The notes under the pieces: generated by a model
The model's database searches: none
Told to the model about the DNA's origin: nothing
What the model saw: the letters and a program-made list of their open reading frames with translations, nothing else
Part shown: in pieces, positions 25,701 through 35,392 of the stretch
How the letters are laid out: each line of letters begins with the position of its first letter
How positions within the stretch are numbered: the first letter of the stretch is position 1
From: Catajapyx aquilonaris
Taxonomy: Eukaryota
Direction: 5' to 3'
Length of the DNA stretch: 64,000 nucleotides
Assembly (NCBI GenBank): GCA_000934665.2
Contig: JYFJ02001715.1
Location: forward strand, 1-64,000
Translations under genes and position numbers: made by a program

Positions 25701-26314
25701 CGCCTAGTACACCAGATGTTCCAGATGCAATATGGCAGGTGACTGAAGTGGACGAAGCGTCAACCGCGTCCAGTTTGAGCGAACATGTGTACGGCACGAA
25801 CCATTTGGTGCAACCTAGAGAGTCACCACCGCCACCAGCCCCATCCATAGACACACCACATATGCCAGGTATACTCTACCCGTTGCCACTAGACACCACG
25901 AGCAACCCAACGGTGCAGGTGACCACTAGCAATATACTAAGAGGCGTCGGGGTTGGAGTTGGAGTGACCACACCTACCCCTACGACCCCTGTGGCACCTC
26001 TTCCAGCCACAGTATCTCCAATGCCAGTTTTGGACCGATCCCCAACCTCACCTTTGATTCACTCCAATGCTCTCAGAGTTCTAATGTACGAAGATGACTC
26101 GGACTTAAGTTCACAGGACTCCAGGCCAGCCGCGGCAGGACTTAGCTCCAGTTCTAGTGACCATAGTGTGATCGAAGGGGCTAGCAATAGGGACAGCTTG
26201 GATAAGAGTATGATCCAGGTTCAGGTCCATTGGGAGGAAGAGGAGATGGAGATGGTGGGCACTAGGCATCATCAACATCATCATGCCCAGGAGTGCCAGG
26301 GAAAAGGAAGCTGA
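7510..26314 (+). CDS. NaCP60E: Nav2-type (DSC1/BSC1/NaCP60E-family) voltage-gated cation channel alpha subunit, 5'-partial, 26 exons
   Basis: Exons 7510-7718, 9895-10115, 10175-10358, 11375-11449, 13319-13463, 14097-14231, 15368-16138, 18874-18979, 19258-19472, 19536-19706, 19771-19964, 20030-20135, 20225-20350, 20418-20691, 20932-21211, 21266-21698, 22147-22305, 22372-22476, 22536-22727, 22784-22938, 22995-23322, 23502-23704, 23764-24036, 24093-24312, 24370-24509, 25216-26314 join in frame (6519 nt). Four 6-TM repeats with S4 R/K-x-x motifs. Pore motifs TLDYWE, CGEWVE, TFEGWM, TAAGWN give DEEA. DSC1-like signatures TFCVVSKRF, [33 protein letters not shown]. Confidence 0.96.
7975..9000. repeat. 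Degenerate ~180-bp tandem units
   Basis: Recurring (a)atatggcgg..tgcac.gcctcaaaa.tttgag.gtaaatt..., caggtcga..tc and aacaaacctgcag motifs. Confidence 0.65.
9895..10115 (+). CDS. NaCP60E: Nav2 exon: DI S2-S4
   Basis: [11 protein letters not shown]...[11 protein letters not shown]...[18 protein letters not shown], tag|...|gtaagt. Confidence 0.95.
10175..10358 (+). CDS. NaCP60E: Nav2 exon: DI S5
   Basis: [47 protein letters not shown]. Confidence 0.95.
11375..11449 (+). CDS. NaCP60E: Nav2 exon: DI extracellular turret
   Basis: acag|T TGG GTG CAG...[24 protein letters not shown]|gtaaga; too short for the ORF track; phase 2/2. Confidence 0.9.
11690..11835. repeat. 24-bp minisatellite
   Basis: tattctgttatttgtgtaattaga about 5 times. 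Confidence 0.9.
12991..13178. mobile_element. MITE-like hairpin, ~80-bp arms
   Basis: ctgtggttaagcca...tgtacctgacgatctgattggt / accaatcagatcgtcaggtaca...tggcttaaccacag. Confidence 0.85.
13319..13463 (+). CDS. NaCP60E: Nav2 exon: DI pore loop (filter Asp, codon 13437-13439)
   Basis: [48 protein letters not shown], followed by a GC donor (gcaagt). Confidence 0.93.
14097..14231 (+). CDS. NaCP60E: Nav2 exon: DI S6
   Basis: [45 protein letters not shown]. Confidence 0.95.
14640..15200. repeat. Degenerate GTTAAC-rich tandem array
   Basis: Repeated attaacaa.c.yttctggct and ttgttgttaac units. Confidence 0.7.
15368..16138 (+). CDS. NaCP60E: Nav2 exon: DI-DII cytoplasmic linker
   Basis: cag|[20 protein letters not shown]...STLE|gtaatg, 771 nt open. 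Confidence 0.9.
16278..17067. mobile_element. Non-autonomous DNA-transposon-like element with internal repeats
   Basis: cggttgcaccaccgccaggaaaca at 16278 inverted as tgtttcctggcggtggtgcaaccg at 16881 and again at 17041; many ccggaaaag / tttcctgg internal repeats. Confidence 0.75.
17158..17376. mobile_element. TA-flanked MITE, near-perfect 220-bp hairpin
   Basis: ta|aggtgaagtggggtaagtgcatacacggggtaagtgcat...atgcacttaccccgtgtatgcacttaccccacttcacct|ta. Confidence 0.9.
17920..18005. repeat. 29-bp tandem repeat
   Basis: gacgtcagttgtgcctcacaaaattagtg about 3 times. Confidence 0.85.
18874..18979 (+). CDS. NaCP60E: Nav2 exon: DI-DII linker
   Basis: tgcag|[16 protein letters not shown]...YPHVIVI G|gtgagt; phase 0/1 is needed to link the flanking exons. 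Confidence 0.85.
19010..19190. repeat. ~23-bp tandem repeat
   Basis: gttgagagtcgttgaaagaagtt units. Confidence 0.85.
19258..20350 (+). CDS. NaCP60E: Nav2 exons 19258-19472, 19536-19706, 19771-19964, 20030-20135, 20225-20350: domain II
   Basis: [16 protein letters not shown]...[19 protein letters not shown]...[16 protein letters not shown]...[14 protein letters not shown]; introns 63-89 nt. Confidence 0.95.
20418..21211 (+). CDS. NaCP60E: Nav2 exons 20418-20691 and 20932-21211: DII-DIII linker
   Basis: [15 protein letters not shown]... / [10 protein letters not shown]...[15 protein letters not shown]...CLPNKCYK; phases 0/1/2 consistent. Confidence 0.88.
20704..20896. mobile_element. Small MITE filling most of a Nav2 intron
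   Basis: ccccggaatattcgcccc at ~20720 inverted as ggggcgaatattccgggg at ~20861. Confidence 0.7.
21266..22727 (+). CDS. NaCP60E: Nav2 exons 21266-21698, 22147-22305, 22372-22476, 22536-22727: domain III
   Basis: [23 protein letters not shown]...[16 protein letters not shown]...[16 protein letters not shown]; branch-point-like tactaac at 22512. Confidence 0.96.
21780..21884. repeat. 21-bp minisatellite, 5 copies
   Basis: gtaactcattgatgtaacaga. Confidence 0.95.
22784..22938 (+). CDS. NaCP60E: Nav2 exon: DIII-DIV inactivation linker
   Basis: [36 protein letters not shown]. Confidence 0.95.
22995..24509 (+). CDS. NaCP60E: Nav2 exons 22995-23322, 23502-23704, 23764-24036, 24093-24312, 24370-24509: domain IV, EF-hand-like region, IQ-like motif
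   Basis: [32 protein letters not shown]...[11 protein letters not shown]...[12 protein letters not shown]...YDPQATQFI...IHCLDIL...[12 protein letters not shown]. Confidence 0.96.
25216..26314 (+). CDS. NaCP60E: Nav2 terminal exon: long S/P/T-rich C-terminal tail
   Basis: atcag|G TTA AAG CGT..., phase 2 matches the donor at 24510; open to TGA at 26312-26314. Confidence 0.88.
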
Positions 26315-29300
26315 TGATGATGCAGCGACCACAATTTTTTTCCTGTTGTTGTTTGTTGTTTATCGCCATTTTAACAGTGTTAACATGATCATTGCTCTTC
26401 CTGGTGGATTATAAACACACACAGATATTATACACACATACACACACATTGAGAGAAAGAGAGAGAGAAAAGAAAAAGAGAGTGGCTCAAATGGACATAG
26501 TTTTTCTACGTCTTTGCGTTTGTGCATTTTCAATGTGCATTTCGTGGTCTCTATTCTGTGCCAAAAGTATTTTTCAACGAGAGTCGTTTTTCCCCTCCCT
26601 ATCCACCCCCCCTGTAATCCCCTCACATCATGCTGTGACACATGGCCTCTCAATCTTTAAAAAAAAAAAAAAAACTTTTTTGCAAAAAACTTCTTCAGCT
26701 CGTTCCAGTCCTGCTCACTTTTTGTTTACTATCGCAATGCCAAAAAATGTCAACACATGTCGAAACTTGTTGATCTACGAAATAGTTATTTCTTCGCTGA
26801 TGTACATACAGAAGCCATTTTTAAAAAAAAATTTATGGTCGTTGCACATGGGCTACATAATATGTGATTTGGGCTGGAATGATCGCCTTTTATTGCATAA
26901 TTGTTGTTAGCGAGTTATTACAGACTTGTGGGGGGGAAAAAATATTTTGGACGAGTTTTCATCGCGATGCAACTCGCACTTAACCACCCACCATAATTAA
27001 CAATACTGTATATCATACACGGTATACCAAAAATCCGCTGCCAGAAATAAAACGCGTCACGAGGCTGTACACATTTTAAAAAATATATACAAGTTACGAC
27101 ACTTTTTAAAGCAGCTGTAGCGTGTAAGGATAATAATTGAGAAGATTCGTTATTGTATAAAATATGACTTAAAAAAATAACTAATAACCTACATATCGTA
27201 CCTGAATGGAGTCTATCAGTAACTCCGTCATGGCTGATTGATTGTTAGGTCGAAAATAAATTTAAAAAAATACTGTACATAAAATTCTAACAAGTTGCAT
27301 CGTTAGGGAATTCTTGTTGTTTAAACTTCATATTTTTAAGAAAAAAATAATAATAATAATATCCGCGACAAAAAAGCAGACACTTTTTGGGCCGGTCTAT
27401 TTAAAAAAATAATAATTAAAGAATAGAAGTAGATTGTAGATTTTCTGAGAAAGACGTATGCAGTTACGCTGTTTACCTTTCTTAGTCGCAAAAAAAAAAT
27501 AATCCGCATTGTGAGTTAGTGGCTCACGTGATATCGCGTTAACTATAGGTGTGTACAGTGTTAAATAATTATGAGAGTTTTAATCGTTAAATTAAGTTAC
27601 TCTTCGACTCCACTCAGGGATGGATTTTTCGATCCTACGTGATTTTTAAATTTTTTTTTGGTTTTGGTTTTGCTACACAGTCCAAAAAATATTTGTTTGA
27701 ATATTTTTCATAAGATTGTGATAACCAATAATTTCCACAAAAAAAAGTTTTACATGTCACAAAAATCCGAATTACTCAAAAAAAAGCAACAATATCACTG
27801 CAAAAAAAAATTCAAACAAATTAAATGGTCGTGTAGCAAAAATAATTTTTAACTGTTTTCTGACAGTTTTTTTCCCCTTCATATTACTAATGCCCCTTGT
27901 TAACCGACATTGTTACGTTAATGCGGCTCCAGTCATTGTCAATAATAATGCCATCGATTTTTAACAAAAAAAAATTCAGTTAGATTTAATTGTATTTTTT
28001 CGCCTCCATCGATTTTTAGACGTGTCCTACTCACACTTCCTATGCACTTTTTCTGCTAACTGATAAATGACCTTTTTGAGAAAACTGTTAAATAATAATA
28101 ATAAATAATAATAAAAACAACTTTAGTCTTCCTAAAAGATTGTACGTAACGATGAAACGCAATAGGCAAGTTGTTTTCCAGGACATAAAAACAATATTGG
28201 TGCTTTTTTATACAATCGTCACTTATATTTCTCCCTTCGAATGGGGAAAGATAACTACTGTCTTTTTTTGTCTGGAAATTTTCATTTCCTTCTATCTGTT
28301 AGTCTGTAACTATTTGTAGGGTTTTTTGAACGCGATCAGGCCACTAACGTAACGCGTTTCCACACTATCTTTGCCTTCGAATAAGAAATAAAAAAATGCT
28401 AAAGAACCTCTTTTTAGCATTTTTTTGAACCTCTTTATCTATTTGCTAATATAATTCAAACGCTATTAGGGAGACGATAACAATGCGCGCAGAACTGATC
28501 TATAATAAAAAAATAGATTTTCCTACAGATCTATTCAAAATAATACCAAGTGACACCAGTTAAGAGACAGACTTATATTAAGTAGGTCACAACACTGCAC
28601 AAGGAGTATCCCAAGTAGCATATACGAGACAATGCTTTGAAATGTGCCTGTCTAACACAGATTCGATAAAGTTATAAATAAATAAATAAATAATGTTTAA
28701 AAAAAATATTTTGCAGAGAATAAGTTTTTTTTTAAACTTTTGTTCTTAATTGCCCAAAATGTCCGGTTTCACACTGATTAAGTTCCTAACTTTTAAGCCC
28801 TGTGTCCTTTCAGATTTTCGCCTCCAACAATTTCAAGCCCAGTTATTTTCTCAACAATGGGCCAGGCTGATAAATGCGGCTCAAAAAAAAATTCAATAGA
28901 AACCGGACATACAAGGTGTCTAAAAATCGCTAAAAATATTGGCAACACTGCTCTGTTTGTTGACATGCAGAGAAGTGAGTTCAGTAATTTTTTTTTTTGG
29001 TCGACTCGCTTACTTAGTCAAGTCTTGGAGAAAAATTGTAAACAGTTAATAACATAATTCAAATCTTCAATTCGGTTTTTGAATATTTAAATTTTTTTCT
29101 AAAAAAAAAAGCCCGCATCATTCATTCCATGGCGACTTCATCTTGTTCCTATTTTAGTTCCTGCTAGTTTTCCGATAGATGGCGAAGGCGAACCGAACTT
29201 GTTTCCAAAAAAAAAAAATCGCAGCTATTTCTATCTTTTAGCAATAAAACTAGTTCGTTTCGCCATCCCAATTTTTTTTTAAAGTTTACTTCCGTTATGG

Positions 29301-31502
29301 CCTTTTTTTGTGTGTGAAAAAGCAGTTTTTCTATGCAAACTTTCAACTATTGTGATTTGCTGACCTCAATATCACCCATCGGCCATGGGATGAAAAAAGC
29401 CCTACCTTTCTATGCTACTTGCTCTAGAATATTAAACATAAGTTGCTCACGCAACAATAAGTGAACTTTAAAAAAAAATATTCACAAGTTTTTTTTTAGA
29501 ACTTTAGTATGGAATCACTTATTATGATTAATTATTATTAAACGAATAATCCCCCCCTCCCCAAGGGTAGGGGGGGTCGGTTATAAACTATAGCTCTCTT
29601 TTTCCTTATAGAAACCACATGATATCATTTTATGTCTATTTCGAAACAAAAAAATAAATAAATTAATACAAATAAATAAAAGAGTCTTGTCGTGTGAGTC
29701 GCTCCAGAGTGACCCGATTCCACAAAAAGTTGTGAAAAAGGGGTTTCAAGCAATAAAAAGAAAATGTCTGCATTGTCCTTACAACAATCGTCTTTTTTGA
29801 TATTTTTTGTCCTCCAATTTTTTTTTTGAAAAAAAAGGAATTAACCTGGTGACGTCTGGAATTACGAACGTTTTTATTTCAAGGGCACAAAAAGTTGGAG
29901 GATCATACAAGCAAGTTATTGTACACTCTACCATAACTTGATATACAGCAATATTTTTTCTTGAAATGGTACATAATGCACAAATAAATTAATTTACAAC
30001 TACTGGCTACTGACACCAATAAGTATATACTGGTCACACTTTTTAAAAAAATGCGATTCAAAGTTTTCCTGTTTCACTTATCTATATCTAAAGAGTTTGG
30101 ATGGGGGAGAAAAAAGTGAGACCAGAGCTTAATATCACTGGCTTATTGGCTACATTGCCACATAAAGTCTGTCAGGTGGCGCCACTGACGATCGAGCTTG
30201 GAACTATCTGAAAAAAAAACTGGCTCAAGAGTTGCAATGTTTTTTCTCCAGTTTATTTCGGACAATAATTATTGCCCTGGTCTCGATTTCCTTGTTAGTT
30301 AACTGCTATCAATTACCAACAATTACATGCACACAAAAATTATAATCAGGAACTACACCCTTTCGTATATTACGGTACTTCGATGGTAACTAGTAGAGTT
30401 TTTTCAACAATCATTTTACCAAAGAAGTTTTTTTTTTTTTAAAAAAAAAAAGACAACCACTGCCTATATTTTCTTGATAAGCGATGGCTGTGTTTTGTTT
30501 TGACAAATCGCTGATATATCAACCGATCTTATCAAATGTAACTCCTGCAGTTAATATTTTTAAACATATAAATAAACCTACACTGCACTTAATATTTGAA
30601 AAATAATGATATTTTACAAAATGGCATTTAACACAAAAATTATCCAAAGATGCTCATTTCCCTGTTTCTTTTCAAAAAAAAGAGAGTATTACTTCAATAG
30701 TAGATCCTTTGCCAATAGGTGTCACTTTTGAGTTTAAATTTCGATTTAATTTATTTAAAAAATCACCATCAAGACAGAAAATTAATGAAGGAAATGAGCT
30801 CATTAAGTCTACATTTGCAACTTTTCAAGCGACGATCTGAGACATCTAGGGAACATCTTCTGAGGGACACAGACAAACAATAGAATCATAGAGCAGGTTT
30901 CATCTATTTTGGACTAGTCAGTCAGTAAGGGGTGTTTACATGTGTCCCAACTTGTTTTACAATCAATCGTTTACAATGCGCCGAGTTTGTTTTTAAAATG
31001 CGGCTCAAATTTTTTTTAAATATGCCATGGAGTTGTAGCAGTTGTACACAAAACGTCTATCGTACATACCTTTCCTTTCATCACTAAACATTATCTTATC
31101 TGCATGAACATAACTACCGGCATCTACTGTACATGGCCACACCGCGCTATGTAAATGATTTGTTAAATAATTTTTTTAGAGATAACCTACCTGCGGGCGG
31201 CCATGTCTTTTTTTTAAAAAAAAACAAGAAATTTTTAAAATTATATTTTATCTCTATTTGACACTAATTGTGGCCCCCTTTAATTGCAGGGGTAATATCG
31301 TGATCAAGTTGGGCTCAAGGAAAATCCAAGGGGAGAGAGAGTGGGGGTCATATACAGTGTAGCACTTCAGGCACAACAAACGCACATGGAAACTTCCACC
31401 TTCACAATTAATACTCTACATATCACATACACGTAATGTATAGGCTGGCCCTTGATAGGAGGATTCGTCGAGGGGGGGGCCTGGAGAATGATGGTGACTT
31501 TC

Positions 31503-31543
31503 TTACAGTCGACGCCGTTTTTCCACTAGGGAGTAGCTGAGTT
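31503..31543 (-). CDS. Fs: Follistatin putative last exon
   Basis: ttctttcag|AA CTC AGC...: (E)LSYSLVEKRRRL-TAA, phase 1 fits. Confidence 0.6.
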
Positions 31544-34500
31544 CTGAAAGAATTGCATCAGCTGATTCATTGTTATGATCGTCCGCATGCTTTTTAAGTA
31601 TGGAGTCAAGCCATGCAGATGAGTCAAGCTAATAGGTGCCGATATGAGCCTAATTTACTCTCGGTTATAGGTTTATTACATTATTCTAAGACAAAATTAA
31701 TCTAGTTGATTTTGTTGATTTTCGCTCCATAGCGAAGATAATCGCATTTGAAATCCCGTGACGTCACTGGTGGCCCACGAATTCAAGGACAGCTGTGACG
31801 TCACAGTGACTTCAAACGCCATTATTTCCATTACGAATTCGAAATTGACAAAATCAACTAGAGTAATTTCGGCTTATAATAATGTAATTAATGTAATTAG
31901 AGAGTATTAGCGTACCCTTCCAGATATAAGATCAAGCCATGCTAGTACATCACTGTAATTCCAGTCACCGTTAAAGCGATCATTTCCACTAATGAAGCAT
32001 CACGCCCATCTACTACGGGGGTCAGAGGTCGTCTCGGAGGTTCAGATTGTGACTCACCGTCCCCTTTGCAAGATCCAAAGTGCTGCGTGTCGACGACCAG
32101 CCCAGTGGCACAGGCGTCCTGCAGCATGTGGCACCAGGAGGCGTAGGTGATGTTGTTGGTGCCACAAAGAGGTCCTCCCATAGCCGCCTGCATCCGTCTG
32201 CTGCACTTGTACCCGCATGTCACGCATCGTGGTCTCGAAGTGTTGGGCTCCGTCAGACACGTCTGCTTCGGCCTGCACCGACTCCCGACCTCAGAGCAGG
32301 TGGCCGACTCTAATAGTAAATAATAGTCAAATGAAATCGTCAAATTTGGTCGAATACATTGCATATTAATCACTGTAATAACAAGCCTGAAAAAGTAGCG
32401 TTAAAAAGCGATAAAAATTAAATAGCAAATTATACTAACGATAATAGCAATTAAATCAGCAGTACACAAATAGCGTACCGGTATATAATACTTGAAGTAC
32501 GTCGCAAATATTTGTGCATAACAAATAGTAATAAAATAGCAAATGTGTAGCCAATTTAATTCATAAATAATAACAGTATAACCAATAAGTAATAAATAGT
32601 GGATATACAAGTTCGTGTACAATAAATTAAATGGCAAATTTAATACATGATTATAAAATATAATAAGCACAAATGGTAAACATAACAAATAAAATAGCCT
32701 AATTTAAAAACCTATTTTACAACAAAATCGTGTATAACCAATAAAAATTAGTGAGAAGTGTTTACAGACAGCATGGGGCTGAACCCCCTTCAATCCAAAG
32801 CAAAAATTCCTGACATACCGACCTCTCTGTACCGGCACAGCATCGGTACCCCCAATCATGAAGAAGAGTGTCCCCGCCCACAGAAAAATCCTCCGACTCC
32901 ACTTGCCAGGCCGAGATTCCTGGCAAGGCCTCTTTCGTGTCAACGTACTCGAGTGACCTTCCGCAAGGTCGCCTCGGCCATCCCCCAACACAAAAATCCT
33001 TTTTGCAGAGCTGGATAGCTTACCTTTTCATTTTATTTTTTTTAAAATTATTTTTATATTTAAAAAAAATATTTGTCTGGTCACTAACCGCAGCTATTCC
33101 CGGAAGTGGTCAGAATAAGGAGGCGGAAACGAAGGTGCGATGTGCTATTCGGGGCCAATCCAAAAGGTGTTGTCTGTGGTCAAAAACTTACATCAGGGTC
33201 ATTAAGAGGGGTGAAAAAACCGGCCCAGCATCTGGCAACCGGTGTTACGCAACCCGGTTGTCCGGCCCTTGACCCTCGTCCCGATTATTATTACCGTAGT
33301 AACATGTTGCAAGTCAAGGCCGGTCAGGGTTGAAGAGAGAGAAGCCATTGTTTGCCTTCCAGCCACACACAACCAAAAACCAACCAAACAAGTGAAGGCC
33401 ATCCAAGGCCGTTGCTTGATATGCGCGTGGCATGTCCCGCTCCTTTTGCTTTGACCCATCAGGAAAACCAGTGTTGTGGCATGCGGTCAAGTTTGCCACC
33501 TCGAGGAATGACCATTGGTAAAGGTCACTGCCAAAGAGCTGCCCTATTATGGAAGCGGTGCTGAGGAGCATGACCATTCAAGGGAATCTGCATGGGTTTC
33601 GCTTCCGCGTCACTTTTTTTTTCTCTCTCTCTTTTAATTCGCGGTTTATAATATTAGCTACTAATATTAGGTCGAATAAGCTAACACCAGCAGCTCATTT
33701 TGGTCATTTGAGGTAGCTGCCTATTGTTGACAAAATTTGCTTAATATTAATGCTAGCAGCTAATCACTTGAAGCAGCTGCTCAAGCATTTCATAAGCAAT
33801 GACATAAATATAATATACACTATAATATTAAAATAAATAAGCAATATTATTGTTTACAAAGTATATAAATTAATGTTAGCAGCTAATAATTCGAGGCAGC
33901 TGCTTATTGTTAACAAAGTAGATAAATTAATGCTATCTGCTAATATTTGGTCGAATAAGCTATAACTAGCAGCTAATTTTTGTCATTTGAAGCAGCTGCT
34001 TATTAGTTATTGTTGAAAAAGGAGCTAAATTAATGCTAGCTGCTAATATTTGGTTGAATAAGGTATAACTAGCAGCTATTTTTTGGTCATTTGAAGCAGC
34101 TGCTTATTAGTTGTTGTTGACAAAATAGCTGAATTAATGCTAGCCGCTAATATGAGGTCGAATAAGCTATACTGTAGCAACTAATTTTTGTCATTTGAAG
34201 TAGCTACTTATTATTGACAAATAAGCTGCATTAATACAAACAGCTCAATTTTCACATGAAGTACTGTAGCTGCTTATTGTTGACAATGCAGCTAAATTCA
34301 TGTTAGCTGCTAATATTATGCCGAACAAGCTAACACTAGAAGTTAATTTTTGTCATTTGAAGTAGCTGGTTATTGGCGATAAACTAGCTAAATTAATGCA
34401 GTAGCTAATATTAGGTCGAATAAGTTAACACCAGCAGCTATTTTTTGTAGCTACTTCTTATTGACAAATTAGCTGAATTAATACTAGCCGCTACTTTTGA

Positions 34501-35315
34501 CACTACAGATAGTTGCTTATTATTAACAAATGAGCTGAATATTAATGCGAACAGATAATTTTTCACATGAAGTAGTTGCTTATGATTGGCACGGCGGCTA
34601 AATTTATTAATAAGAGCAGCTATTTCACCACCCGAATGCCAAATCTAAATTAATGCTAGTAGCTAATTCTTGCTACCTGACATAGCTGCTTATTGTTGAC
34701 ATGGTGGCTAAATTAATACTAGCAGCTATTTTACCACTTGAAGTAGAGCTCTTGTTGAAAAGTAGATAAATTAACACAAGTAGCTAATATTTGACTGATG
34801 CCAATAGCTGCTTAATAACAACATATCAGCAAATATTGTGTGCAGTGAACTTTCCTTTCTCCCATCATTGTACAGGGTGTTCCAGAAAGGTCACTTACTC
34901 TGACAGGGTCCCTTGTAGGCGACCGGAATGGCCTTTCCCTTGTGGCAAGCAGCCTCCCTCAGATGGCAGTAGCTTGGGTAGGTGCGGCCGTCCACTCCGC
35001 ACACTTGTTGCTGGTTCTGCTGCCTAATCCCTACCACACTCAGGCCGTGCTGGTGACCAGGAGATGGGCACCTCCTGGAGCACTTGACGCAGTGAGGGGT
35101 CAGGTTCTGGTCGATCAAGCATTGCTTGTTGGCCGGGCATGCTATGTTATCACAAGTCTCTGCAAATTCAAATATTTGTAACTAATATCGATAACTACTA
35201 AAATAACTAATATTACAACCACTAAAATAACTAATATTACAACTACTAAAAAGTAGCTGCTGACAAACAAGTAGCTAATATAATATCAATAACCACTAAA
35301 TAGCTACTCGGAATC

Positions 35316-35392
<77 letters not shown>

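Noticed and set aside
26392..26910. 172-aa ORF downstream of the channel stop codon
   Set aside because: Low-complexity 3' UTR-type sequence (CA/GA runs, poly-A), non-ATG start, no domain.
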